Shown here one piece after another: positions 1 through 12,120 of a DNA stretch of 33,986 bases (within the stretch, counting starts at the first letter, position 1; every line of letters begins with the position of its first letter). A program made the translations under genes and the position numbers. Where the stretch lies: positions 337,351 through 371,336 of the forward strand of contig WELA01002099.1 in NCBI GenBank assembly GCA_009602735.1. Reading direction: 5' to 3'. The notes beneath the pieces are model-generated. The model saw nothing but the letters and a program-made list of their open reading frames with translations. It was not told the DNA's origin and searched no databases. This DNA is from Mesotaenium endlicherianum (taxonomy: Eukaryota).

Positions 1-205
1 CCCTCCCTCCCTCCCTCCCTCACCCTCCCTCACCCTCCCTGCCTCTTGCTCACTCCCTCCTTGTTCTCCCCTTCCCTCCTAGGTCTCTATGTCTTCCCTT
101 TTGTTTCTCCCTCTCCATTCCTCCTCCCTTCCTCTTGTCTTCCCTCTCTTGCTGCCCCCGTGGCTCCCTCCCTTTCTCGCTCTCTAACTCTCCCTCGCTC
201 TCCCT
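1..205. repeat. CT-rich low-complexity tract, (CCCT)n microsatellite decaying into polypyrimidine
   Basis: ccctccctccctcc... at 1-60, then pyrimidine-rich to ~205. The ORFs here are low-complexity artefacts. Confidence 0.9.
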
Positions 206-2493
206 ACCACCTGGCAGGCGGTGTGGCATCGCTTGTTGAGAGAAGTCAGCTTCTTCTCCATCTCTCAAAGGGTCACACCTGCATGCTTACAGGGGAACAG
301 AAATAAATTTTCCACGGAGGAAATTCCATGAATGTATAATTACTCATATATTGATATATAATAATGAAAATCGCTACTTTGATTCTCATTCGGACATAAT
401 CAAATGTCGCATAAAAATATCAATGGTGCTATCATTAGTACTTTGGCTTGATAGCCTGCCAGTAATCTGTTGCAAGAACCCTGAAGCCATTGAAATTTGA
501 GGCGAGCGTATATGGAGTAGGTTGAGGAGTGAGTGAGCCATCACGCTGTGAAGATATTTGTGACTGTGAAGCATTCATGGATCAGAATGGATGTGTCATT
601 TCTTGTTATCAATGAGAGGACTGTGTGAGTGCTTAACCTAAGGAACTTTTTGCACTCAATCCTACAAAGAATCAGTAAACATAACGGAAATTCGTCGCTC
701 ACAGAGCCCAAAATGTGAGAGCGAGTTTGATGACGTTTTTTGACGAGTTGTCAAAGCGGGCTTTGGGATCAATCGATGTGTTTCGTATATCGTTAAGATT
801 CTCTTCTCAAAAACTTCACAAAAACGTCCTTTATGACCAAAACAGTTGGCTTATTCAACTTGCCGGCATACTTTGAATAAGAAATGGCGTGGTAGTGTGC
901 ATAAGTCCACAAGTAGTAATGGAGGTATAAGAGACTTTACAACACAATGAATAAATAGTTGGCAAATTCAATCGTCTCCTCATCTCCCGTACATGCGCCT
1001 CCCGTCTGCAACCCGACACTTGAATGTTGAGCTAAGTTGAGCGGGATGTGCTTATGTCTAATGGTTACTGTTGTGGGTAGAGTTGAGCAGGGTAATTGGC
1101 GGCGGGGATTTTGAGTTGAAGTCGTGGACGGGATGCGTCAAGGGTATCCATTTCTGATTGAAGGCGGTCGGGTTGGGTTTGAGTATTGTGAGAAGTAGAT
1201 TTGCCCACGTACAAACGAACATTTGATCCAAATCGATGCTTCTCGTCTACGCCACTCAATATGACCAAAAAGTTGACCGCGCCCATCTGCAACGTCACAA
1301 CCTATTCAATCGTCAAAAATATTATTGACAGATACAGGGATAGACCGTGAAATAACCCACAAAAGTTTCTTCCTTGATATAATTAAATCTCCAGATGTCA
1401 GAATAACATTCTCTGATTACGTACAGATTAAATTCTTTGGTGTGTCAGAAATCGAAAGATCTAGTTGGACACGGAATGACTTCCATCGCTGGCTCCGTGG
1501 ACGATAACCACAAAGATGGTACTGAGTGAACTTCCATTACTGCTATGAAAACGGAAAACCAACCAAAGATGTCAAATAGTGACGAGATGGAAATTAATAG
1601 AATAGTAAAATCTGGATTTTCATTTTCTCAAATTTGCCCGTCGACGCCCCACGGCCGATCCGACTCGTATATATTTCCATTTGAGATTGTCTATGAAATT
1701 TGCCCCATGTCACCGTCAGGGTGAGCTTGGCACATTTCCTACACCTCATACAAAGATATAAAAGTAGTCACCATAGTCACAAGGTGTTCAGAAGGCCAGT
1801 GTCAATGTTGAAATGTTAATAGCTCCAAATGGGTACTTTGGAGCAAAACGACGAACCCACACCCAGCTAGCGCTTTTGCGGCTGCTAAGGGTTGAGGGGT
1901 GTAGTAATAATGATTATGGGGGCTAGGGGCTTCGTACACTTTCTAATCCTCATTTAAAGCCATGCAAATAGTCACCATAGCCACAAGGTGTTGACAAGGG
2001 AAGTGTTAACGCTGGAAAGTTAGTGCCCAATGGGTACTCTGGGATAAAGCAACAAAGTCAGGCCCATCGCAAATGTCACTTTTTGCAGCTGTTGTTTATG
2101 AATGTGGGAGTACAGAGATTGGCACACTACCTGATTCTCATTGAAAGACATGAAAATAGTCACCATAGTGACAAGGTGTTGACAAGGGTAGTGTAAATGC
2201 TGAAAAATTAGTAGTCGAATGAATACTTTGGAGCAAAACAACAAATTCGGGCCCTGCGCAGTTGGCGCTTTTGCAGCTCTTGAGGGTAGTAGTGTTATTG
2301 AATGTGGGGGTAAGGGACTTCTCACATTCCCAAATTCTCATTGAAAGACATGCAAATAGTCACCATAGTGACAAGGTATTGCCATGGACACTGTAAATGC
2401 TGGAAAGTTAGTAATCGTATGGGTACTTTGAGGCCAAACGGCAAGGTCGGGCCTACGCAGCTTGCGCTTTTGCAATTGTCAAGGATTGTAATG

Positions 2494-2533
2494 TTTAAGG
2501 GTTTAGGGCTTAGGGTTCCGAGTTTAGGGTTTA
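2494..2533 (+). repeat. Short interstitial plant-type telomeric repeat (TTTAGGG-like, about 5 units)
   Basis: tttaaggg tttaggg cttaggg ttccgag tttaggg ttta. It accounts for this satellite unit being ~35 bp longer than its neighbours. Confidence 0.7.
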
Positions 2534-3276
2534 AATGGATGGAGGAAGTAGAGGCTTGGCACACTCTTTAATTACCTATTACACATGAAAGTAGTCACCA
2601 TAATCAAAAAGTGTTCAGGAGGCCAGTGTAAATGATAAAAACTTAGTAGCCACATAGGTACTTTGTGGCAAGGGGACAAAGTCGGGCTTAACTGGCGCTT
2701 TTGCAGCTTTGAGGGTTGTAGGGGTAATAGATGTAGAAGAGAGGGGCCTGGCACACTCCCTAACCCTCCTTGAAATACATGCAAATAGTCACCATAGTGA
2801 CAAGGTATTGACAAGGTCACGTAGATGCTGGAAAGTTAGTAGCCGTATAGGTACTTTGGGGCAAAACAACAAAGTCGGGCCTTGTGCAACCGGCGCTTTT
2901 GCAGCTGTTGAGGGTTGTAGTGTTCATGGATGTGGGGGTAAGGGGGTTTTCACATTTTCTAATCCTCTTTGAAAGACATGCAAATAGTCACTATAGTGAT
3001 AAGATGTTGACAAGGGCAGTGTAAATACTAGAAAGTTAATAGTTAAATGGGTATTTCGGGGGCAAAATGACAAAGTCGGGCCCATTGCAGCTGGCGCTTC
3101 GGTGATTGATGAGGATTGTAATATCAAATAATCAATGGGTGGGAAATTAAGAACTTAGCAAAATCCCTAGTCCTTACAAAAAGACAAGGAAAACAGTCAC
3201 CATAGCATGACAAGTGACAATTAAGGTGTTGGCAAGGGCAGTGGAAATATTGGAAAACTAGTGCCAAATGGGTACT

Positions 3277-3997
3277 TGAAATGAATCGACTTACCAAATA
3301 AGCGATTAACAATTAATAAAGATCTTTATATCAGCAAGTAATCTTTATGGTATTTTCTGTTAGCTGTTTTAACGGCAAAGGACAACACACTAGCAGTGAA
3401 TAATACTCGTCAGTCAAATGAAAGTAAACTAGCATCAATAATGCAGATCAGTAAATTCATACATAAGCAAGGTTAGAAGACAGTGCGTATCAATGGCTTC
3501 CCGCCTTGGATTCAGATCTCTCTCAGTAAGCTGTACAGGAGAGTTGGCCTCGTTTCCGAATGCCGAACTCGAGAGCAATGCCTAGCATATGTACATGGAA
3601 TGAGTTTACTGTTCAACGGTCAGTGCGATGGCACCGCCTACCCGGGAGTTAACCACGTTGGTAGGACCTCGGTTAACCAAATCCACCGCCATCTCCCATC
3701 ATCCCGAATAGCCATCCATCATAGGGATGTCATCTGGCCATTCATCTAGCATATCGTGCTTAGGTGTATGTCAAGGCAGTTTCGCTGCTACCGAGTACGG
3801 AAGTCAGCTGGCTGTCAAAGAATGGGTCAGCAAGCTGACTTATATGGACTTCAGCCTGCTGCTTCCGGCTGAGTCATTAAATTGATAATTATGTAAAGTC
3901 CAGCAGACTGACTATTAACTAAAGTTTAGCGGGCTGAACTTAATTAACTATTATATCTAAATGAATATCATATCCACTAATATACTGATTCATTACA
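3277..3997 (-). mobile_element. Solo LTR of Ty3/Gypsy family A (721 bp)
   Basis: TG...CA termini with inverted ends (TGAAATGAATC / GATTCATTACA). Perfect 5-bp TSD GTACT at 3272-3276 and 3998-4002. Homologous to the LTRs at 6415-7133, 27141-27855 and 30945-31664; orientation taken from their PBS and PPT. Confidence 0.95.
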
Positions 3998-4278
3998 GTA
4001 CTCTAGTGCACAGTGACGAAGTCGGGCTTTAAACAGCTATGCTTTTGTAGCTGCTTAGATTGTAATGTTAATAGATGGGATAGTTAGGGACTTGGCACGC
4101 TCCGTATGCCTCATAAAGGCCAGGAAGATAGTCACTATAATCACAAAGTATTCAGGAGGCCAGTATAAATGTTACGAAGTTAGTAGCAAAATGGATAATT
4201 TGGGGTGAAACAATGAAATAGGGCCAACTGGCGCTTTTGCAACTGCTGAGGGTTGTAGAGGTAATGGATGTTGGAGAA

Positions 4279-4653
4279 TGTAGGAAATTATCACCTGCCA
4301 TTGCACTCTCTTGACATTTGGCAAGACAATCACTTCACAAAGCTGTTACTCTCAACTCAGTCACATCATAGCATCACATACATTACACTGAGAGGAGCAC
4401 TTTCTTACTCACGACTCAACTCTTTTCTCTTCCTCGCAAGTGCAGGTTACACAGCAACTCAACTTCTCTATATTCACTATGACGGTTGCCTACCTACCTC
4501 AAACTCATTGACACACCTAGTCCCTCAAACCCTTCACATCGACACACATTGATCATTGACTGAACTCGATCGACCACACATACACACATTTGAACATCAC
4601 ACGAGTGGACACAGGTGCCACTCAGATAGAGCTAGGACTGCCTATTTTCTACA
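4279..4653 (-). repeat. Copia 3' LTR (375 bp)
   Basis: Terminal inverted repeat TGTAGGAAAT / TGTAGAAAAT (9 of 10). Directly follows the minus-strand PPT GATTGAGAGGGAG at 4654-4666. The satellite resumes left of 4279. Confidence 0.8.
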
Positions 4654-4671
4654 CTCCCTCTCAATCGTACT

Positions 4672-6320
4672 TTATTTACTCTCTACGTCTTTCAATCCAA
4701 ACATTTCAGCACACCATTGGTGCTATACTCTAGGTACTGCCTTTGTTTAGGCATCTGCTACTATTTTATCAGTTCTGACATACTTGAGTCTTAAACTCCA
4801 CACTTCCATCTAGCATACAGTCTCTACATTTATGGTACTAAATATCTATTTGCTTACTTCTAGCATGCTCTATGGGATTCCTTCCTAATGCAATGGAACT
4901 CTGACTATCACTCAAAATCAGGTGGGCTTCTTCTGCTTATAGCCTAAGTCCTTTGAAAGTCTCCTCGGCCACGATGCCTTCCTCACTCCCTGAGAGGGGG
5001 CCATGTACTTTGCTTCCGTGGAAGACATGGCCACCACCTTTTGCCTTTTGCTCTTTCAGGTTACGACACCCTTAGCCAAAGAGAATGCATATCCTGTTTT
5101 GGATCTTCTGATGTCTACATCACCACCTCAGTCAGAGTCACTCCAACCCTCTAGCTTTACGCAATCACTCCCTCCAAGATGTAACCACAGGTCTTGTGTC
5201 CTCTTGAGATATCTTAGTATCCTCTACATTGCTTCCTAGTGTACAGGCCTAGGATTCTCCATTCACTGACTCACTATTCCCACAACATTTGCAATATCAG
5301 AATGCGTGCAAACTATCAAGTACATATTAGAGCCTTGGCACTTGAGATATCATCTCTCACGCGAACTCATCCTTAGCACACATACTTGAGCTCAAGTTTT
5401 GCATAGGATCAAGGGGCACGTTGACAGGCTTACAACCCATCATATCAAACCTCTCTAATATTGTCTGTAGATAAGCTGGTTGACCTAGCATCAGAGTCCT
5501 CTTCACCCTTGTCTCTCTTCACCTGTATGCCAAGCAGAAACTCCACCTCTCCCATGTCCTTCATGTCAAAGACATGACTCAGGGCATTGTTCACCTTCAT
5601 TACCTCTGCCATCTTCTTGCCAACCAGCAACAGGTCATCAACATAGAGCACCAGCATCACTCAGCCATCACCTTCTCCTTTTATTTACAGACTGCTATCA
5701 GCATTGGACTTTACATAGCCCTCACCAGGAGTCTATCCTCTAGTTCCACATTCTTGGAGACCGCTTCAGTCCATAGAATGACTTCTTCAACTTGCACACC
5801 TTCTTTGGGAACTTCTCATTGCCTAATCCTTTGGCTGCTCCTTGTAGACCTCCTCCTCCGATTCTCCATATTAGAAACGCAGTCTTTACGCCCATCTGGT
5901 CCATCTCCATGTCCTCTACTGCAGCAATCAGGACCACCACTCTCACTGTGGCAATCTTGGCCACTCATGCAAAGGTCTCATGATAGTCCTCCCCTTCAGT
6001 CTAGGAGTAGCCCTTTGCCACATATTGCGCCTTGTATTTGTCACTGAGCCATCTGCCTTTCTCTTATTCCTGTAGATCCACCTGCCTCTCACAACCTTCG
6101 TGCCAGGTGGCAACTCTGCCAGGTGCCACGTCTCGTTTATGACCAGTGACTCCATCTCCCCTATTGAGGCCTCTGCCTCCTCTCTCCTCATCGCAGCCCT
6201 ATATGTCTTGGGCTCAAAATCATCCACCATATAGGCCACCTCACTTTCCACTGCATCCTCCTCAGCCATGGACTCAGCCACCATCACATACTCGTCAAAG
6301 CCAATTTTGGCACGTGGCAC
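4672..6320 (-). pseudogene. pol: Copia pol remnant: reverse transcriptase and RNase H, with frameshifts and stops
   Basis: EPKTYRAA, NETWHL, QMGVKTAFL (consensus QMDVKTAFL), LKKSFYGLK, LYVDDLL, VAMSSTEAKY, HARSKQIDI, VADA*TK. Confidence 0.92.
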
Positions 6321-6414
6321 ACTTACCCTTCTAAATTGCCTAAGAGAGTCATGACTCTCTCCACAAGTATTTTTCCTCTTGCAGGCGATCTGGAGCTCCT
6401 CTTAGCTCCCTCTA

Positions 6415-7133
6415 TGTATTGAACAGTATATTGCTAGATATAATATTCATTTAAGTATAATATTTAATTTAAATTTAGTCTGCTGAACTTTAGTTAATAT
6501 TAAGTCTGCTGGACTTTTAGTAATATTCAGTTTAATGCAACTCAGTCGTGGGCAGCAGGCTGAAGTCAACCTTGGTCAACCCGCCGACACATTCTCTAAC
6601 AGCCAACTGAGTGCCATATTTGGTAGCAGTAAACTACCTAGATATGCATCTCAGTGTGTTATGATAGATGTATGGCCACAGGACACCCTTGGGTAGATGG
6701 CGATTTGGGATGATGGGAGATAGCTGTGGATTTGGCCAGCCGAGGTCCTACCGACGTGGTCAACTCCCGGGTTGGAGGTGCCATCGCCCTTGCCGTTGAA
6801 CAGTAAACTCATTCCATGTACATAGATCAGGTCATGCTCTCGAGTTCGGCATTCAGAAACGATGCCAACTCTCTTGTACCGCTTACTGAGAGAAATCTGA
6901 ATTCAAGGCGAGAAGCCATTGATACGCACTGTCTTCTAGCCTTGCTTCTGTATGAGTTTATTGATTGCATGATTGATGCTCGCTTGCTTGCATTTGACGC
7001 GTGAGAATAGTAATACTACTTGTGGAGTCTTTTGCTGGTCACTAAGTAACCAAAAAGTACCATAAAGATTACTTGTTGATATAGAGTTTTTTTATTAATT
7101 CTTAATTGTCTATTGGTAAGTCAATTCATTTCA
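6415..7133 (+). repeat. 5' LTR of A1 (family A)
   Basis: TGTATTGAAC...TTCATTTCA; reverse-complement homologue of 3277-3997. Confidence 0.92.
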
Positions 7134-7146
7134 GTGTATCGAAGCT
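7134..7146 (+). promoter_or_regulatory. Degenerate primer-binding site of A1 (tRNA-iMet type)
   Basis: GTGTATCGAAGCT immediately after the LTR; shares the GTATCGAAGCT core with the B PBS TGGTATCGAAGCT. Confidence 0.7.
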
Positions 7147-7779
7147 CTTATCACAGTTTTTGCTATATAGTAAGAACGCGTTTTCAAACTATTAACTCTC
7201 AAGATATGGAGAATCTGGATAATGAAATTAGAGAGATTCAGGGTGAAAACGATGATGTAGATATGCTGAGGTACTTGCAGCTAGAGAGACCAGAGGCTGA
7301 GGAAACGGCGGCGGCCCTCGTTGCAATAGGAACCCAGCAAATTGAAGAAGATCACATCAGAAGAGAGGCGGAACGGTTAGCTAAGGCAGAGCAGGAGGCA
7401 GACGCTGAAAAGCGGCGTCTATCTGACAACAGAATGGAGGAAAATATGATGGCAGAGAGGGCCAGTCTTTGAAACCAACCTCCTGCTGGAGCTACAACTG
7501 TACCTCGCACTCAGATAAATAGACAGTTAGGCGAGGCAGGAATGGCAAATGCAGCAGCAATAGGAAATGTTGAAATTGTTGCTGAGCCATTTAATACTGC
7601 TGTTGCCGCTATGGCCGGATTGCAACCTCAGAATGTTGATTTTGCATTCTTCGTTCGAATGCAATCTCAAATGACAATGATGTATCAGTCCCAACAGGAG
7701 GACAAGAGGATTATGACGGCATTGTTGCATGAGAAGGACCAACTGGGGTCTCACACTACTGGTGGTGGCAGGGGGCCTA

Positions 7780-8524
7780 TGAAAGGGGCAGAGTGCCCTA
7801 GTGGAAGCGTAGTAATTCACGAGGAAAGAAACTAGTTGCAATCATACTAAAGAGTGCAGCGGCATATTGCTAAGAGAGCTTAGGAAAAAATACTCAACAT
7901 TTTTTGTAGCAAGAAACTGCTCACAAATGATGTAGGATGGAAGGCCTTGTCTTTACAAACCCATAGACATTTACAAAAGTGAACACTGATAAGAAACAAG
8001 GAAGTTATGCCTATTCATAATTTTCTGCCTAAGTGCTCCTCTCTAAGAGGAAGCTAAGGATTTTCCTAAGTGTTCGTCAAATTGTCCCTTCCAGAATATT
8101 CGTGAGTAAGCCAGATCAGTCTAATCTGACGTGTCGGGCCGAATTGACGTCCACATACATGCATCGACATTACTAGAATATTCTATCTTAGACGCGCTAG
8201 GCTAAACCGAAACTTCTAGGTCAATCGACCTAGTCGGCACTCCGCGTCAGCCGAAATTACGTGAAGGTTCGAGTTCATTCTAACGTGCCAGATCGCTCGA
8301 CGCTATCGGTCAATCCGACGATCGTGCTCACCGCCAATTAAGGACAGTCGTCAGTTGACCTCAAAACTAATTAAACTTCGGAAACCCATAACTCTCTCAA
8401 TACTTGACCAAATTCGATGAACTTTATATCAAAATGACCACAAACATGCACTCTATACTACTATAATATCAAAACATACTTTCATGAAACTCAAGAATGC
8501 ACTTTATAAACCTATGACCTTACA
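7780..8524 (-). repeat. 3' LTR of B (745 bp)
   Basis: Minus strand TGTAAGG...CCTTTCA; preceded by the PPT. Confidence 0.96.
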
Positions 8525-11500
8525 TCATCCCCCTCCTCAAGATGCGACGTCCTCAACGCATTCTGCAAATAACGTCTCAACTTACTCTTACAATAAGTCA
8601 AGTTGGCCTCTGGCTCCCAAGTGTTGTCGTCCGCATGGTAGCCCTTCCACTTGACCAGATACTCTTGGACAAATTGTTGACCTCGCTTGACCCGTCGATC
8701 ACCGAAAATCGCCTCCACTTCATACTCCAATACATCATCGATCTCAATTGGTGGTGGCGGTGTAGGTAGTTGTCCAGGATGTCCTTCATTCGGGTCAACG
8801 TATGGCCGCAAACAACTGACATGGAACACATCATGTATACGCCAGCCTGAAGGAAGTTCCAACTTGTAGGTCACTGGATTCACCTGCTTGAGCACCACAA
8901 AGGGACCTGTAAACCGTGCCCGCAGTTTCCTCTTGCCAGTGAAAGGTAGATTCTCTGTTGACAAGAGTACTTTGTCACCCACATCATATGTCACTTCCCT
9001 CCTGTGCTTGTTGGCATACTTGACCTGTTCCTCCTGTGCCTTCCGAATACACGTCTTCGCCATATCCCAAGTTTTAGCCATTTGCTCCATAAAAGCTTGT
9101 GTAGTAGGAACCCGAGTCTTCCTGGCCTTCTCCAACAAGATGTTCCCTGGATGATATACTTCTCTCCCATAAACCATAGCGAATGGTGGCTGCTTGGTCA
9201 ATCTCGGCATGCTGTTGTTATAGGCAAGCTCGAATCCTAGCAACTTCTTGTCCCACTCTGAAGGGTCCTCCATAGTGAAACTCCTGAGCACCTCTTGCAG
9301 AGTTCTGTTGAGCCTCTCACTCTGCCCGTCTGTCTGAGGATGATAGGAAGTGCTCAACTTGGTCCCCATCAAAGTAAACAATGACCGCCACAAATTGCTA
9401 GTAAACCGCGGATCCCGGTCTGAAACAATCACCTTTGGCAACCCATGTGACTTGAAGATATGATCAAAGAATAGCTGTGCCACATCTGCTGCCGTAGAAG
9501 TCTTCTTCATGGGAATGAAGTGAGCCATCTTGCTTAGTCTGTCAGACACAACGCATACTGCATCCTGCCCTTGACCACTGACTGGTAACGATGTGATGAA
9601 GTCCATAGCAATCTGTTCCCAAGGATACTCTGGAATAGGCAGGGGCGGCAATGTACCTCCCTTCTTTTGATTTGGTGTCTTGTTTCTCTGGCACGCATCG
9701 CAACTCCTGATCCACTCCTCGATGTCCTTGTCCATATTTCTCCAATAGTATTCCCGCTTCAGCACGCTTGCCGTCTTCTTGCTTCCAAAGTGTCCAGCAT
9801 ATAAGCAATCATGATGCTCCGCAAGTAGTAAGTCTCGTAGCTCCTTGATGTCAGGTACCACCACTCTGTTGGAATCAACATAATACCATATGCCGTCCTT
9901 CTTCTGCATACTCGCGTTGAACTCAGCTGCTCCACCATCAGCAAACTCTAGGTCCTTCTCATAACCCCTTTGAAGCTTCTCCTTGAAGTCCATATTCTCC
10001 TTGATGACTGAGACAGCTGCAAGGTCACACCTCCTGGATAAAGCGTCTGCAGGGTTGATCTTCCCAGGTAAGTACTCAATCTTGTGGTCGAACTGTTGCA
10101 GAAACTCCATCCATCTTGCCTGTCTTGGTGTCAACGTTGGCTGCGTCATAAACTTTTCCAAGCTCTTGTGGTCGGTCTTGACAAACACCTTCCGTCCGTC
10201 CACATAACATCACCAAATCCTCAAAGCTTGGATAATAGCCAACATCTCCCGCTCGTGTGCTGCATAATTCTGCTCAGCAGGACTCAACTTCCTGCTCTCG
10301 TATGCCATAGGCTGCAATCCCTTGCCCTGGTCCTGGAGAAGAATGGCTCCCACTGCAAAGTTTGATGCGTCCGTGATGATGGTGAAAGGAAGCTCTGGAC
10401 TTGCAATTGCCAACACAGGTGCCTGTGTCAACAGCTCCTTAATCTTCTCAAAAGCTTGCTGCTCCTTGTCACCCCATAGCCACTTCTCCTGCTTCTTCAA
10501 CATGTCCGTCAGCGGTGCACACACCTTGGCAAATCCTTCAATGACACGTCGATAATAATTTGCCATACCGAGGAAACTCCTGAGTTGATGAATATCAGCA
10601 GGTACCGGCCAATCTCTGACTGCTTGCACCATCTTCTGCTCCACCTTGACTCCTTCAGCTCCCAATATGTGTCCAAGAAACTCGACTTCCTTGAGACAAA
10701 AGTCGCACTTGCTCATCTTCCCATATAGCTTTTGATCTCTCAAGACCTCCAACACCTTCCTCGGATGCTCCACATGCTCTTCCAAGGTCTTCGAATAGAT
10801 CAGGATGTCGTCCAAAAAGGCCACCACAAACTGGTCCAAATAGGGTCTGAAGATACTATTCATGAGTCCCATGAATGTAGCAGGTGCATTAGTCAATCCA
10901 AAAGGCATGACTGTGAACTCGAATAAACCATAACGAGTCCTGAAAGCAGTCTTCTGAACGTCTCCTTCCGCAATCCGTACCTAGCCACTCCTCAAATCGA
11001 TCTTCGAGAAATACTTCGCCCCGACAAGCCTGTCAATCAACTCGTCCACTCGTGGAAGTGAGTACCTGTTCTTGATGGTGACCTTGTTGAGAGCCCGGTA
11101 GTTGACACACATCCTCATAGTCCCATCCTTCTTCTTCACAAATAAGACTGGCGCTGCAAATGAAGACTTGCTGGGTCGGATGAACCCCTTCTCCAACAAC
11201 TCTGTCAGCTGCTTCTTCAACTCGTCCAACTCCGCAAATGATTGACGATAGGCGGGTCTCACTGGTGGCTTGCTCCCTGGTTCCAATTCGATCTTGTGCT
11301 CCATAGCTCCCTGTGGAGGTAATCCTGCAAGTAGCTCCTCAAGAAATACGCACTTGAATCCCTCCAACAGCGCCTTGATTTGGGCAGGCATCTCAGCAGG
11401 CTTCTTCTCTTGAGCAGTTGGGCTCTGCTCCTTTTGAGCAAGGGGATCAGACACCACTACTTGCTCCTCCGGCGATGTACATTCGCCCAGGCTGTTAGGA

Positions 11501-12120
11501 TTCACGCTTGCTCCATCTGATGACCTCGCCAGGGCCACCGAAACAAGGTACATCTCCTTCACCTGATTCGCCCTGCATAGCTTCTTAACTTACAGGCTCG
11601 ACAGAAGACAGTTACTTGTGGTCGTATCTACCTCCACCTGTATCGCTGTCTCCATTCGACCATCACGCCCTTGGACTTTCACTTGTCCTGTGCTCCAGTG
11701 CACTTGAGGGTTGGCTTTTCTCAGCCATGGTCGGTCCAATATCACCTCATGGTGACCTACCTCTGCCTGCTCCATAACTTCCTTACTCCGATGCCCCGCT
11801 ACTTCCACATGAATAGCTTCCGTAGGTGCACCACACTTGAGTCTCTGCCCATTTGCCAAAATTGCCTCCTTAGGCTCATAATGCTTCTGCACAGGGACTC
11901 GCCACTCTTTCACCAGCTTCTTGTGCACAAAGTTTGCACTTGCGCCACTGTCGACCATACACTTCGCATTGTTGCCGTCGACCACTCCTTCCACGATGAT
12001 AGGCTTGTCAACGTCTCGTCCTTTGCTTCTCGGCAGGCTCCTGGGGATAACCTCCTTGTGAGTTCTTGTCTTCACGCCAGTAGACACCCCAGGACGACTT
12101 ACTGGCGTCCTCCTTTTTCC
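8512..12120 (-). pseudogene. pol: B pol polyprotein (PR, RT, RNase H, integrase, type I chromodomain); single frame with three in-frame stops
   Basis: [55 protein letters not shown] zinc finger; IAMDFI, SDRDPRF, HPQTDGQSER; GPF motif; EYEVEAI...YLVKWKGY..DNTWEP. Stops at 11590 (TAA), 10981 (TAG, apparently from a 6-bp deletion in GYHQ) and 10210 (TGA). Confidence 0.96.
8525..8540 (-). promoter_or_regulatory. Polypurine tract of B
   Basis: TTGAGGAGGGGGATGA abutting the 3' LTR; the pol frame runs through it (HLEEGDDVRS*). Confidence 0.9.

Larger units (their letters stand above)
1722..4278. repeat. Diverged tandem satellite, ~200-bp unit, about 9 units, interrupted by a solo LTR at 3277-3997
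   Basis: Motif AATAGTCACCATAGTGACAAGG...GGTACTTTG...GGCGCTTTTGCAGCT recurs with GTCAC at 1767, 1971, 2159, 2359, 2594, 2788, 2987, 3196 and 4131 (spacings 188-235 bp; 209 bp across the LTR after removing it plus one TSD). Confidence 0.9.
4279..6414 (-). mobile_element. 3' half of a decayed Ty1/Copia LTR retrotransposon inserted in the satellite
   Basis: Copia RT and RNase H motifs, a PPT and a 3' LTR (see sub-features). Cut at 6414 by element A1. Confidence 0.9.

Noticed and set aside
300..1720. Gene or DNA transposon in the AT-rich left segment
   Set aside because: Only short ORFs with no recognisable motif, and no TIR or TSD found; left unassigned.
1722..3270. CRISPR-like array suggested by the recurring palindrome GTCACCATAGTGAC
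   Set aside because: The whole ~200-bp unit is repeated, so there are no unique spacers. No cas genes; eukaryotic context.
2020..3312. Repeat-protein gene from ORFs sharing LVTMVTI / PCHYGDY
   Set aside because: Unit lengths are not consistently multiples of 3 and frames break; these are translations of the satellite.
6850..6905. Hammerhead ribozyme (retrozyme) in the family A LTR, from GAAAC and CTGAGAG
   Set aside because: The CUGANGA core is not matched. The apparent stem covariation (TTCAGA/TCTGAA versus TTTAGA/TCTAAA) is explainable by methylation-driven C-to-T decay.
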